From Nemertoderma westbladi (lineage: Eukaryota; Animalia; Xenacoelomorpha): a stretch of 64,000 nucleotides of DNA. A model generated the notes under the pieces. That model was not told the DNA's origin. It was given only the letters and a program-made list of their open reading frames with translations, and searched no databases. Both the position numbers and the translations under genes were made by a program. The number at the start of each line of letters is the position of its first letter. The first letter of the stretch is position 1. This document shows positions 22,874 to 37,180 of the stretch, piece after piece. Location: the NCBI GenBank assembly GCA_032718475.1, contig JAUCBJ010008915.1, positions 1-64,000 on the forward strand, in the 5' to 3' direction.

Positions 22874-24159
22874 ATGACGGAGTTGATAGAAGATGGTCTT
22901 GGTATCGGGGAGCGATATACTCTACTTTTACAAGCGTTTGTTGATAGCTTAATACGCGGCGACGTTAGTCCAACTGCTGCGGAGGACGATGGTCGTTATA
23001 TCGAACCGCCAATGTCCCAAGAGCAGCTCACGCGTGAGTTGGACTATAGAAAATTCGCTGCTCGATATACGCAGCGTAATGGTACGTATATGGGCTTCTT
23101 AACTACTGGTCATCCTATCGATTTACACAATACGGACTATGTCGACTATATATCCTGCCCAGCGGAGTCGGAACCATAAACTGAAATTCGAATGCGAAAA
23201 TTCTATTCGAAATCGACTCGAAAGAAAAGACACTTAAGAAACAAATGGACGCGGTAACTCCAACGTATATTTGGAATTCTTGATAGAAGCATTGTAACAA
23301 CAAATAAATATCACCCGCGTTTACCCTACCAGACGTGCGTCTTTGGTATTATTACGATAAATGCCCTAGACCCAACTAATAAACGGAAAGACATAAACAT
23401 CCACGTAAACCGAAACTTGTTGACGTATCACCTATGCTCACTCGGCTCGAACGATCCTGGAGTAAACCTACGATCAGAGTCCCGGAATACTCGGTCAAAC
23501 CTCCTCATTCCTTAGTTGGACCTCAGACCTGCGATCTTGGTGGTGTCGCGGATCCTCGCGGACTGTATTCACTGTTCAAAGATCTAGTGCTACCCTAACA
23601 ATTAATCGGTAACACTCCGACAGTGATTTCTAGCTAGCCGCCCATCTTACCTAGCCGGATTGTGACGCGGACACCTAATATCACTATCCAACCGTATGGT
23701 CGTCCACGTTTAACGCGATACAACCCCTCATCAAGGGGAAGGAGAGCGTTGTACGAAACGAGTTAAACGCTATTTTATAAAGATCAAAAAGGAAACCTGC
23801 GTTTGTTCAGATAAACGTAAGTTATAACAGTGAGTCCAATCGATAAACGAATTGGCCTTATCTCAATTCGATTGGGAAATCCAGAATCTCTAAGAAGTTA
23901 TCGAACTTGGACGATCCTATTCTCTGCGAGAGTTTTTGGATGAACGTATCCAGCTACGAGCGGAGGAAAATCAGCTCGAGGAGAAGCATATCGAAACGGC
24001 AGATACCTCGACCACAATCCTACACCTTCTGATGCAATCATATTGCACCCTTCACCCAGGAGTTATGGCCCTCCTAGTAAAGTGGCTCCCCCCAAAGAGA
24101 AAAAGACTCTTGCTAGCCTCAAAAAACTGCGTAAACGCCGTCTGCGTAAGAAAGACTAA
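22874..24159 (+). pseudogene. Decayed 3' accessory coding region (second copy)
   Basis: ATG at 22874 after TATA-like sequence. Aligns with 1-1451 with deletions and extra stops. Ends KKLRKRRLRKKD*. Confidence 0.6.
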
Positions 24160-24237
24160 CTGTTTAGAGTATCTTTATGTTTTAGAAACTGTGATTTTTA
24201 TATTTTATAGACTGAAAATCCCATTTTCTGGGAGCGG

Positions 24238-25486
24238 TGTAAAAGCCTTTGCTGAATTGCCCCGTTATTTTTATTATCTTTTACATTAAAATACTCTGTA
24301 GTTGATTTAATAAGTGTAAGAGACCGTATTATTGCTGTATCGGTGTTTTTAGAGGATCTAAGACCTATTTCCTCCGTATGTGTACTGTGAAAGGCATATT
24401 TTATGATTCTATGGCAATTCGTGACGCAAAGGGGTGATAGCTACTCTTGAACAGTAGTTACTATGACTACGGTTAACAGCTGACATTCATACGTGTTGAT
24501 TTCCTTTGTTCTACGGCGTCTCTCAGTTCAGTCAGCCAATTAGAGCGTTTTTGTGGCTCCTTGTACAGAAAATTTCCGAGAAATGACGCAATGCCTATGT
24601 GCAGTGTTTACATTCAGTCCTGAGCCAAAGAAAGAACGGCTTGGAAGTATTTTGTGCTTTACTGTTTTTTAGTCTTACACTAGTAGGTTTAATTATAAAG
24701 GGCATATATCCTTTAACCTAACGACTACCTGACTCATGGAATCACTGCTGACTGGATCATACATGCTGACTGCTGAAACATTGCAAACTCATAACAATCA
24801 GTGTTTTCATTGTTGTTTTATACTGCTATTTACCGTCAGTTCTTCATAATATGGTTGATGAATAATTATATTTGGAATAACGATAAATAACCCCGAAACC
24901 CAATATTCTTGATATACCGAAGGTAAGAGAGAAGGGTTACAGATAAACGATTGTGACTTATGTTAAAGTGGTTTGAAGTGAATCTAATGTTATTTGATAG
25001 ACCCTACATGAGTCAGTCTGTGTTCCTTTTATATGTGACTAAAATCAGTGAAGATTGGCAGATTAGTGTGCAGTATTGTGCAGCATTGTGTATGAGTGAG
25101 TCTGTTAAAGAAGCAATTCCTAAAGAATGCGCCATATATGTGAATTATAATTAAGCCATATCGTTGTGAGTAGTTTAAGTCATAACTCTGTTTATATAGA
25201 TAAAGCGCCACGTCCTAAAGGAACTGTTAATATTCCCGAAGGTGAATAATATTGTCAGAGATTATATAATACTGTCAGTCGAATAATACATTAGGCTTAC
25301 ATAGCAATAAAATTAAACCGTCGAACCCAATCTCCCGGGAATATCCAGCGGGTGAATGGTCGCGCACGGATTGGTTTCGACTAGTGTAGTGAATCAAATA
25401 CTTGTCATAGACTAAAAACCGATTTAATATCTAGAAGACATCTTAATTTGGTGGGTTAAACTGCCAAAGGTCTGAAAGCGCGAACA
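24238..25486 (+). repeat. 3' LTR
   Basis: Direct repeat of 16738-17986, preceded by the PPT and followed by TSD GCGGT. Confidence 0.95.
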
Positions 25487-26016
25487 GCGGTGCCAATAGC
25501 GACGCTATTCTAACTACCTTCGGCAATCATTTCACTACGGCGTTTAACGCTGACTTTTATTAATTAAATTATTTATTTGCAATAAAATATAATATAATTA
25601 AATAATATTAATTAAATAATATATCTTTATAGAATGCCATGGTTTTACCTTCACATAAACTGAAGCTTTAGGCCTACCGTTACTTGTTATTATCATCACC
25701 AAACATCGCATTGTACAGCACGCCCAAACGTCAGACCATAAGTACAAGTACAGTCATTAGTCAGACAGTACAAGCATGTTAATTAATTGTACCCTACCCA
25801 GGTACCTGTACAATTAATAGGCTTACTTGGTAACCCTGCTTCGGTACTTAATCACAAGTTTGCAGCACTTACCCAAACTTGTGCCCCTACTGTCCTACAG
25901 CAGCACTAAGTATGTAATAGGCCTACCCTACAGCAGTACAGGCAGTTGGGCAGACAGGTAATATCATTTTGTATTTCATATTTTATTCACTTGTTGCGAC
26001 AAAAATAACATAAACA

Positions 26017-27764
26017 ATGCCTCGCGAGATTATAACCCTACAGATGGGCCAATGCGGGAACCAGATCGGCATGGAATTCTGGAAGCAGCTGTGTACGGAG
26101 CACGGAATCAGTGAACAGGGGATTCTGGAAGATTTCGTAACCGAAGGAACCGACCGCAAGGACGTGTTCTTCTACCAGGCCGACGACGAACACTACATCC
26201 CGCGAGCGGTGTTGTTGGACTTGGAGCCCCGAGTAATAAACAGCATACTAACGAGTTCCTACAAGAAACTCTACAACCCGGAGAACATCTACATGTCCAA
26301 GGACGGGGGCGGGGCCGGGAACATCTGGGCCTCCGGGTTGTCCCAAGCCGAGAAACTCCACGAAGAAATATTCGATATAATCGACCGGGAGGCTGACGGT
26401 TCCGACTCGCTGGAGGGTTTCGTTCTGTGCCACTCGATAGCGGGAGGTACCGGTAGCGGGATGGGTTCCTTCATTCTAGAACGGTTGAACGACCGATACC
26501 CAAAGAAACTCATCCAGACCTATTCGGTGTTCCCCAACGTCCAGGAGGTCTCCGACGTCGTCGTCCAGCCCTATAACTCGCTACTAACTCTCAAACGACT
26601 CACCCTGCACGCCGACTGCACTATCGTGTTGGACAACACCGCGTTGAACCACATAGCCTCGGACCGTCTCCACATCGATAAACCCTCCTTCTCCCAGATC
26701 AACCAGCTTGTTTCCACGGTTATGAGCGCCTCCACCGCCACTCTCCGCTATCCCTCTTACATGAACAACGATCTGATTGGACTAATAGCGCCTCTGGTAC
26801 CGACTCCAAGGTTACACTTCCTAATGACCGGGTACACCCCGCTAACTACAGACACCATGAAGGTTAGTGTGTGTGTGTGGGGAGAGGGGGGGGGGGGGGG
26901 GGGGGGGTGATAATACCCTAGACTAGTTCCAAAATATTATCGTATCATCTATCCCGTTTGATACATTTCAGTATGTTACCTAAGCACCCATTGATATTTG
27001 GTTTGCTGTTTTGGTTGTTCAGTCATCAATCCTACTTAAAACTTTCATGACCATAAACTTTCATACGGACATCTGGTCTAGATGGCAATAAAGTCAGAAA
27101 TTCCGCTAATTAAGGTTGGGGTTGAGTTAATTAGGGTTGAGGCCGCCACACTAACCTGGGTCCTGGGAGATTAACAAAATTGATCACATGGTGGTTAGTC
27201 TATAACTGCACGTTGATATTCACTAATTAATATTATTAGGTTTCGGCTGTCCGGAAGACGACGGTATTGGACGTTATGCGACGACTTTTACAACCCAAGA
27301 ACATAATGGTCTCGACCCCCCACCACCGACACGGCAACCACTGCTACGTGTCTATACTCAACATAATACAGGGGGAGGTGGACCCGACGCAGGTCCACAA
27401 GAGTCTACAGCGGATCCGAGAACGTAAACTCGTGGAGTTTATACCCTGGGGACCGGCCACCATACAGGTGGCCCTCTCCCGGAAGAGCCCTTACGTACAG
27501 TCAGCCAATCGGGTGAGCGGGTTGATGCTGGCTAATCACACTAGCATAGCCGAGCTGTTCCAACGCACGCTGGATCAGTACGATAAGTTGAGGAAGAGAG
27601 AGGCCTTCCTGGATCAGTACAAGAAGGAGGCGATATTCCAGGACGGCTTGGAGGAGTTCGATAGTTCCAGGGAGATAGTTCAGGAACTCATCAATGAGTA
27701 CCAAGCAGCAACAAGACCCGATTATATACAATGGGGTGTAGGTGACGAAACAACTGGACAATAG
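26017..27764 (+). CDS. TUBG1: Gamma-tubulin; exons 26017-26862 and 27240-27764 (456 aa)
   Basis: [18 protein letters not shown] and GGTGSGMG motifs. GT-AG intron 26863-27239 joins TTDTMK|[21 protein letters not shown] in frame. Confidence 0.97.
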
Positions 27765-28083
27765 ATAGTCAACTTACGGGATGTACTTAATCCATTTAAT
27801 CTATGTCAAAGAGTCCTTGATATCGGAAAATCCGTCTTTATTTAATAATACTCAATACCTTTTTTTTCATTTAATATCGTTTAGTTTTGTATTGAACTTA
27901 TTGCTCGCCTTTTCGAAAATAATGTTTGTAATATTCTTTAACTTTAAATATATTTGTAAAAGTGTAAATAAAGTATTTCATGCAAAAGATTAATTATTTA
28001 ATTGAAAAGTGTTACACCAGGAAAAGCTTCTAAAAAGGTGCTTGTGAGTCATTCCTGTCACTCGTTCCCTATTGCCTAACTAT

Positions 28084-29798
28084 TTAAAGCATCTCCTTTA
28101 CATTATTTGAGATCAGTTTTACTTGTTCCGTATTAACTCTTCTTCCTATGAACTCTTTTTCTCGACGCAATAGATAATATTGGCTGACGCTCGCAGGGAC
28201 TCCGTCCATCGCCAGCACCCTGTAATCCTCACCCTCGATCCGGTATGGGATCCCCACCTTCCGATTTGTCTTGCGACCTCCGCATGGGATTTTTAAGCCA
28301 AGTTCCAACGATGTAGCCAGAGATTTACCGTGGGTTTTCCTCATCGTCAACTCCCCATCGTCTATGGGATCGGCTAAGTCGTATTTACAACTGAAACAGC
28401 TGACCAATCTGTTACACCATGACAGGTTACGCACCTCACCACTGAACGGTTCTACTTTGTTGGCATCGCCCTCACGCACCGGTTCTACTTTGTTGGCATC
28501 GCCCTCACGCACCGGTTCTACTTTGTTGGCATCGTCCTCACGCACAGGTTCTACATTGGCTTGTTCGTCTCTCAAACTCTTAATTTTCTTGATTTCCTCC
28601 TTCAGAAAACCATCAGCAATTTTCAATCGCCTGTTATCGAATTCGCATTCGATGTTATGTTCCATTAGTTTCTTTAAATCACTAATCTTTTTAATACACT
28701 TCATTTCGGTGTCATAAATATCTTGCCTTATCTGCCATAGCGCTGTTTTGTTTCCAGGGCACCTTAATATAGGCGGCATATAAGAATCCCTTTCGTTGTG
28801 GTGTACACTCGCAGATTTATTGAAAGCCTCTAATTTTTCTTGAAACTCTGGCGATATAAAATTAACTTGCAGTTCAACTTTCACATCAAGTATTGTATAT
28901 TTTATGTCCAATAACATCAAACTATATTTTTTTGAATCAGTGATGCCAACGGGTGTATCTCCAAAAAATTGAACTATATAAAACATAAATTCGAAAAACA
29001 TTTTTCTAAAATGAAAAATTATAACATTCCCTAAAAATCATTATCGGAACTTATTTATATGAACTTATTTATAGCTCCGTTAAGTACCTACATTTGTTGA
29101 ACAATCAATGGGTCTGACAATTTATAATATAAATTATTAATGATAGTAACTGTACGTAAAAGTAACTAGCAACTTTCTGAAATATTTAGTTAATAAAATA
29201 TAATAATTATAGTTAATAAAATCTAATGATTATGTATAACTGACCTATAAATTTGATAAATTTTCTGCACAACCGCGTACAGCAGAATAAATGTTCAGTG
29301 TTGCCACACATTTGCTCTATAATCGTGTAAAAACCTTTCATTTTGTAAGTCTAAACTGTAAAACTCTGCAAGTGCTTGGCAAAAATGTTACACTAGGTTT
29401 TCGCCAAATTTGGAGTTACGCGTCCGCTCAACTGTTTCAATTTACCTCTCCAATTGTTGAACAATTTTAGGAGTAATGTTGCGATTGTCTTCCATTAGAG
29501 ATTTAACACGTGGATCAATTTCACTTATATGTTTATCGAGACAAATCATCATCTCCTCTATGGTTGATTTACAATCATCTAATTTGGAACTCCATTCAGC
29601 GACCACCTCTAGTTCATTTTCATAAAGAGACTGCCTGTCCACAGATCCAGCCTTCGTACCATTACCATCACCGAGGTAACCACTACTGTCACGATCACAG
29701 TTGTTGTCAATAGCAATACCCTCAGTAGTAATATTACTATTTTCAACTGATTTGCGCTTATTCAGACCAACATTTATTCCAAACCCGGATTCATCCAT
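28084..29798 (-). CDS. Unrecognised helical/coiled-coil protein; exons 29798-29446 and 29005-28084 (424 aa), with an 11-aa repeat
   Basis: Donor AG|GTAAAT and acceptor TTTTCATTTTAG join the two ORFs in frame. VEPVREGDANK repeated about 3.5 times. Confidence 0.65.
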
Positions 29799-30208
29799 TA
29801 CCGGTAGTTAAAAATATTACACACATTACATAATTTGACAATATTACATTGATTAAAAGCGGCAGGCCTATGGTACTACATATTACATGATAGACTTGTA
29901 CACATACTGTCTTGAAAAAAAGTACCGCATATTTTTGGTTTTGGTCATTTTATAATTTTGGTCTAATATTTGTACAGTAATCAGCCCCAAATTTTGTTCT
30001 TTCTGTTATATTTTTTTTTCCATAGTTAGGGTCTTACTGAGTAGTAGAGTTTCCATAGTAGTTACTGTTTTCGTTGGTTGCTGGTGTTTTTTTTTTTCAT
30101 TATACCGGTAGTTATAAAAAATGTATTTTGTATAAATTATTTAAAAAATAAAATAGATTTTTCGGTATATTTAAAAAGAAACACTAGCTATGCTATATAT
30201 GGAAACAC

Positions 30209-30804
30209 GGCTAGAGTTCCGCCCGTCCCTCCATTTTAATTTTATACCAAAATGTAAACAAGTTTACAAGCAGTTACACCTTTTAGTGTTTGTGTAAAGT
30301 AGAACATTTCATAATAGTTATTTTTAATTATGATCTAGAACAAGTTATATTTTGTTCTAGAACATTTTTAAAAAGTGGAAAATTTTTATTTTTTTTATTA
30401 ATTCAATGATGAACTCTTTTAAATTTAAAAATTTTAAATTAAAAAAACTAGCTTGTATAAAAATTGTTCTAGAACAAAAAATATTTATTCTCGAACATAA
30501 CTTTTTATTATAATCAGTAACTGGCATGTTCTAGAAGATTTAAAACTACAAAAAGTGAAAACACTAGCTAGTATAAAAGTACAGTTAAAAATCCAAAAAT
30601 GTAGCCGCGGGAGGAACTGACCCCAAAAATAGCTAAGTTAATTTTTTAAAACACTAGCTAGACAAAAAATACTAGCTACCACAAAATATAAATATATTTT
30701 TGGGATACAGGGATATGTTTTAGAACAATAATATATGTAAAAAAAACTGCTTAAAAATAGCTAGAAAAAAATCTGAATATGGGGAGACGGGCGGAACCTT
30801 TGCC
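30209..30804. mobile_element. MITE (Mutator-like family with GTTCTAGAAC motifs)
   Basis: TIRs GGCTAGAGTTCCGCCCGTC/GACGGGCGGAACCTTTGCC; flanks GGAAACAC/GAAAACAC. Confidence 0.75.
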
Positions 30805-31164
30805 GAAAACACTACCTACCGGAACCGGTACTAGCTACCAAAAAATGTAACATATAACGAGTTAAAATATTATGTTCTCTAATATAAATGAATAGGCAAA
30901 ACAGAATTAAGAAAGGCATGTTATTGGAGACACGTGCTACAAGTACCAGTAGTAGCTAGTACCAGCAAAATAAATAAAGATATGTTCTAGAATCGTAATC
31001 ACTAATAAACTTTTATAATTATGACTTCGTTTTCAGCACTGTGAGAACGAGGTGATAGCGTTGTCAAAGTGCGTTCAAAATACGACGCAAAACCACGGCC
31101 CTAAAGTATATGTGAATCGGATTATATTTTAAAATTAATTTTCAATCTTGCAATTTTTTATTAC

Positions 31165-31320
31165 CACTTGGGTCCGTGTTCAGTTAATCTGCCACCATGT
31201 GGGACCGTGTTCAGTTAATCTGCCACCATGTGGGACCGTGTTCAGTTAATCTGCCACCATGTGGGACCGTGTTCAGTTGATCTGCCACCATTTGGGACCG
31301 TGTTCAAGAATCTGTCATCA
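31165..31320. repeat. 31-bp minisatellite, about 5 units
   Basis: GGGACCGTGTTCAGTTAATCTGCCACCATGT head-to-tail with no spacers. Confidence 0.9.
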
Positions 31321-34231
31321 TTTTAATCTTACATAACATTATGCACTCTGGTCCTCACGGAGAAAGCAATGTCCTACAAAGCGGAGGCGGCTCCGTTAAA
31401 GTGTCAAGCTAGGGGAGATTAATGTAACACCTCCAATGCTGTTTAGAGTCTGTATGGAGATGTGTTCATTGTACTTGACACAGTGAACCCGGCGCAGCAT
31501 TCAAGTGCCGTCCAGAGATTTGGTATCTCTACATTTAGAGCCCAGCATGGACTCATAAAGTGTACATGTACAGGTTCTACTGCTGCCCTACGTTAAAACG
31601 TTTAAGGACTCTAGCGTACCCAATAAATAAATATAAAAGCGGAATCCATATGCCTAATCTCTACTAAACTATATAACGGATAATTATTGGTATATTGATT
31701 ATTATTGGTAAAAGTGAATTTTAAGCTGAAAACGTAGGCTACTGTAAACCTGCCCACGTAAGGGCGAGAGGAGGGGGGGGGGGGGGGGGGGGGGTAATAT
31801 CACTTTGGCGTATGAAAATAAGTTTTGGTTTTCTGGGCTGGCCCTTAACAATTTTATAACCTACTGTACGATGGCTGATCTATCTTTGCCAATTAATCTC
31901 TTAATTCTCCATGACGTCATAATTTATGTTCGAACAAAAAATATTTTTTGGTTGACCATAAATTAATTTCTGAAAGCTTGAATTTATCGGTTCCTTGTGG
32001 GGCGAGCTTTGGAAAGGCCATTCATTGGTTAGGGTAGTGAGTGGTATTCCATCCAATTGCACGTTTATTTGAATGTAGCCTAATTACTTAAAGTAAGTAG
32101 GCCTACAGTAATGAATGCCCTGTCCAAATGGAAATATAAAAATTAATAGTATACAGATAGAGCTGATAAAAACATAGGCCTACAGAAAGCAGAAAAATAA
32201 AGATAACGTATTAAATAATCAAGTGAAGAACAGTAGTGCTGATGAAGGAAACATACAGTAGAAATAAAATAAAATAACTAGGATTATTATATATATACAG
32301 TATATATATAATATAATATATTATAACAGATAAAATCAATTCAATTAAGTTTAATAGAGGTTAGAGTTTGTGTTAACACGTTATGGTGCCAATACATGTA
32401 CAACTTATTTAAAAGCATTATTTTAAAACAATATATACATACAGTATCTGAGTATGTACCCACCTTCAGTAAAAAAAATTAGCGAAAAAAAGGACAGCCA
32501 CTGCAAAGTGGGAACGTGGGCAACTTAAAAAATGAGTTCATGTTCAAAAATGTGTTCAAGTGCATATACAATTAAATTTATATTAAAACGCACTCCGTTA
32601 CGTTATTATACTAAATTTAGGGGGAATTTTGAATTACTGTATATGTATGTACTACATTAGGCCTACTACTGTATGGTACCGGTACCGTATTTGTTGCAGT
32701 CTATCAGAACATGTTCAGTAGTTCTAAGCTAGGCTACTTAATTTCTGTACTTCAGATAATGTTTGTTGTCTTACCGGTCGTCTTTCACTAGCTAATTATG
32801 TTAATTGTATTATTCATTGTATTATTCAGCTTCTCCAAAGTCTACTTTTTAGATGAAAAGTCGAATGTCAGAGTTTCAATGTCTTACTAACAGTGTGACT
32901 TTAATAATAGGCCGCTAAACAATGTAGCCATATACCTATATATCAGTAGGCACCGTTCTGCCGTTATATATAGGCTGCTGATATCGTTATATTATTGTTA
33001 TAATTAAGTTGATTATCATGGCTGATCGGCAAGTTTCGTAAAAATATAACTACAGTACCGGTACTATAATAAAAAGTTACGAACATGGACTGATGCAACA
33101 AAGTATCATGCTGTGGCTGCATTCCAGAATAAAGAGTACTCAAGTATTAAGAAATGTGCAGAAGCTCATTTTATGTCTGACTAAAAGTAATCTACAACAA
33201 TGAAGATGACATTACAAACGATATTCTCTCACGTCATATTTATAACTTAGATGAGACGTCTTTCAGTCATGACCCTCGCCCAGGAAGAGTACTTGGAGCA
33301 ATTGGAGAAAAAACATATGCACATCGGAGTGGAGAAGGTCGGAAAGCGACAAGTGTTCTGGCTTGTGCCAAAGCTGATGATGTGCTTCCACCTCTCGTAG
33401 TGTTTAATCTTTAGCGGGGGCCATCTGAAACTATCCTTGATGGTTGCATAGATGGTATGGATATGGACATCAGTGAGAAAGGTTGGATGAGGATGACATC
33501 GGATGTTTTTGCCAGATGGTTTACAAACTTCTGCAAAAATATCAAGGAACGTCCCCATTACTTCTAGGCCTACTTTATGATGGATTGTCAAGTCATGCTA
33601 CTGTTAAGGCCATTGAGCTAGCCATGGAAGAGAACATTACAATATTGTTGTTTCCTCCACATACCACCGATGTTTTACAGCGGCTGGATGTTATTCAGTT
33701 CTCTCAAGGCACACTGGCGAAACAACATAGAGAAATCTATTAAGGAAGGTAATCGAGGTACGGCAATGACTCTAACAATTTTGTAACCATTTAAGTGATT
33801 TATGGCTGACCCACTTTACCCCCAGTGTTGTCAAATCGGGATTTTCTAGTTGTGGAGTCTTTCCTGTTGACCCATCGACATATCCTGTATCTCGATTTGA
33901 TAAATCTCTTCTTGTAAAGTAAAATAAATGGAATGAGTCAGGTGCAGTGGAGCTTACAGATCTTCAATATGAAGAATTGGTGCTCCAGACACCTTCTAAA
34001 TCTAAATCACCAAAATCTATACAGAAGACAGAAATGTCACCCAAGTACACCAAAACAATCAGGATTAGGCTCCAACAAATGTTGTTCTTTGCCAGCTGAT
34101 TCAATACAAATTCCAAAGAAACCATCTGGAGCACCAGTGCCCCAATACCCAAATCCTGGAAGAGATTTTGAAGCACAGTGGCAACTGGTATGGACACCAC
34201 TGTGGCACTGTGGGTATTAAAATCAGAAGTA

Positions 34232-35182
34232 CTACTGTCTACTACTACTACTACTAGGATCGGCATGCTGCATTGCAGCTGCATTTTTAAGAATGCTGTG
34301 CCGGCTTGTCAACAAAATTGCACCGCCACAACTCCCTATCACCCATGACATTTGCTAGATCATCCGCATCTTTAAGGCCAGTGTCCTTTAAGGGGGGGGT
34401 ACACCATTTTCGGACAACTCTTCGATTTATCACTCTCAGCGTTTCAAAATTGTTTGGTTGTGGCTATAATTTGGAATATAGGTGCCTAAGATGCTATTCT
34501 ACATGACAGGTTAGAAAATTTTTATTTTTCGCTATTTAATATTAGTTAATACTAGTTAACAACAAAAAAAACTTGGTTGCGCTTAAAACCCTAAGGCTTT
34601 TACAGTTTTGAATCTAATCACATGAAAGTTTTTTTATATGATAGATGAAAGATGGGGCAACATAACTATCAGGCGAAATTTTGTAAAAATAATTCTGCAC
34701 CACTAGGTGGCGCTGCAAATTCATGCCTAATTTTTAGGTTTGTTATAAATAGTATTAAATTTTATTAACAAATAATTTCGAAAAGTTGTCTGATACTTTT
34801 ATGCAGGGTGGCTATGTGGACACCCACAGAAAGTTTCAGACTAATTGCTCAAAAATTGTAGAAGTAGTAGGGTTTTGAAGTTGACAATTTCATAAAAAAA
34901 ATATTTTGAGATAATCGACTTTTCATTATATATAGTAATAGTAATTTCAATAGGAATCCCTAAATGGAAATTGTTATAACATAAAAACTAAAAGAGCTAT
35001 TAAATAGCGGTTTTCAGATTTAGAAACACCATTCAATGGTGCATTATAATAGATAATAAAAAAAAATTGACATATTTTTGACCAAAATGGTGTACCCCCC
35101 CCTTAAGATGCGTCTCAAGAAAGTCATGGGCTGTCCACCATGCTTATTCACTCCATGAGGCTGCCAAAGTACAAGATTATGC
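34232..35182 (-). mobile_element. 3' fragment of an RTE LINE (family of 42030-42790), split by a MITE
   Basis: Reverse-complement match to about 42540-42790, (TAG)n tail, flanking duplication ATTAAA(A)TCAGAAGTA at 34216-34231 and 35183-35197. Confidence 0.85.
34392..35102. mobile_element. TTAA-targeting MITE (Kolobok-like termini)
   Basis: TIRs GGGGGGGGTACACCATTTT/AAAATGGTGTACCCCCCCC with TTAA on both sides. Removing it restores the RTE sequence. Confidence 0.9.
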
Positions 35183-36789
35183 ATTAAATCAGAAGTAGCA
35201 ACAGCAGAAACAGCAACCAGGATTGACACATGTGGTGATATTGGAAAGAAGTAAAGAACACCAGAGGAGAGGGAAGAAGAGTTCCATGTCCGACTTCTAA
35301 CGCACATTGGTGCAACAAAACAATTTAAAAAGCGTAAGTTATCGATGAAATTGACAACAACTGAAGTCTTAGAAAATAAGCGACGGAAGATAGCAGAAAA
35401 AAATTCAAAAACGGAAGTTAAACGAGGTCCTAAGAAAAAAGTTGCTGCTAAGAAGGTAATAGATCTTCAAGCTGAACCCTCAACCTCAACTCCAGTATCG
35501 ATTTCCATTGAAGTTGGGAAGCACTATGCAATATATTTTGATGCTAACTTTTACATTGGACGATTGCTCAAAGTATTTGGGATGGAAAAGGTGCAGGTCA
35601 GGTGGAACTACTGTACAAGGTTTATAGGCGACCAGATATATGAACCTCGCAAAGATGACGTCGATATATTACTGTAGAAACGAAGTTTATTCTATATGGG
35701 CCAATGGAAAGAACTCTTACCGGCAAGAAAGGATACAAATTCGAACAATATGAACTGCAAATAATCAAACAAAAGCAAAAACTTTTCAAATAAAGACTAG
35801 TAGTAAATGCCAATAGTGCCTAATTTTAAGTTTGAGTTGAAAATTTTGATTTTTGCTTTGAACTGGGAAAACTACGAGACTAGCCTACTATAGGCTTATA
35901 TATACAATGATACACAGATCAGTTAGTCTTTCTGAATTTATAATATATATATTTTTTAATCAGACATTCTAACAAACATGTTGGGCTTGAAATGTCTCTA
36001 ATGAAACACAGACAATGATAATGATAATACTGAACAACTTCGGCTGATGAATTCCACCTAAAATGTACAAAATGTACAAAATTACAGATAATAAATAATT
36101 TTAGTGTCTTACTGTATAATAACAGAGCATTTGATGTTTTATCTTTAAAGGTACCATACACACCCACTATCATCATCACAAATTTTATTTTATGCAGTAT
36201 ATATCAATTATATACATAAATAAGTATACTTTTTTTTCGCTAATTTATCCTTTTTTTTCCAAAATGTTAGCGAAAAAAGTTTGAACTTTTTTTCTCCAAA
36301 ATTGTCCCTATAATAGCTGTTGGTCAAATATTTTTTATGATGATAGGTGTATGTCGATTCTGGCCTATAGAGAACTAGTCCTTGTACAAGCTCCATTTAA
36401 TATAGCCTAATGTTTGTTTTCCTTTTTTTTACTGAAGGTGGTATTGTAAGTACTGTAAATAAGTCGGCCTAAGCAATTAAGTAAAATAGTATTAACTAAA
36501 GTAAAACAATGTAAATAAAGCATTATTATTAATCGTACTAGTAAATAATTAAAAAATATCTCAATGGCGATATCTCAAAAAAATATATATACAGAAACAA
36601 TTATTAATCAGTTTAAAAAAGATAGTGTCAAAAACCATATAAATAAAGTTGACACGTTCTATTGTGGATATTCCAAATTAAAATAGTGCGTTTTCATTTG
36701 CTTTTTAAATTGGGTAATACGTACAGTAGATGTACACGAGCGAATCTGTTGTGGGCGGCCACTCCATATAATGCAGTAATGGGGGCATT

Positions 36790-36922
36790 AATGCGTTGCA
36801 TTGAATTCACATATATCATGTGGTTGTGGGACTGTGGGTTCTATCCCTGACCAGGGTCATTTTCGTTTCGGCACGATCGCTTTGAAGTAACTAGCTACGG
36901 CGCATTTCTTACTTGCATCCTA
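36790..36922 (+). mobile_element. Degraded copy of the tRNA-derived SINE
   Basis: GCATTGAATTCACAT...GTGGGTTCTATCC...TTTTCGTTTCGGCACGA...TTGCATCCT matches 2784-2900. Confidence 0.7.
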
Positions 36923-37180
36923 CAATTCTGAAATATGCCAAGTCATAGTACAGCAGTAACAGATAGCAAATCTCTGTCATTCTGTACTGGAACTGGACTG
37001 GTCAGCTGGTGTATAGCTCAGTCTGTCAGCAGCTGTATACAGGTATACGTTACGTTACGTATAGCCGTATAGGCCTACAGAGCCCCGGGGCCCAACCATA
37101 GTCTGATAGTTAAGTAATATACAGACCGACTCGTACCACTGTACCAGCGTACGGTCTGATGGTATTGACAAATAATTACA

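Larger units (their letters stand above)
16738..25486 (+). mobile_element. Full-length non-autonomous BEL/Pao LTR retrotransposon (8749 bp)
   Basis: Two 1249-bp about 99% identical LTRs (TGT...ACA), 5-bp TSD GCGGT (16733-16737 and 25487-25491), PPT GGGAGCGG at 24230-24237. Internal ORF has BEL/Pao pol motifs; no RT or integrase core. Confidence 0.95.
33018..35800 (+). mobile_element. Degraded pogo/Tigger-like (DDE_1) transposase remnant with nested insertions
   Basis: Fragments GWM..DVFARWF and LLYDGLSSH...AMEENITILLFPPHTTDVLQRLDV, then a basic Lys-rich C-terminal fragment at 35345-35677. Many stops and frameshifts. Confidence 0.8.

Noticed and set aside
26863-26910. Gamma-tubulin ending in a poly-Gly tail
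   Set aside because: Read-through into the intron's G-tract; splicing restores the normal protein.
31165-31320. 31-bp repeat as a CRISPR array
   Set aside because: Head-to-tail units with no unique spacers, no cas genes, eukaryotic context.
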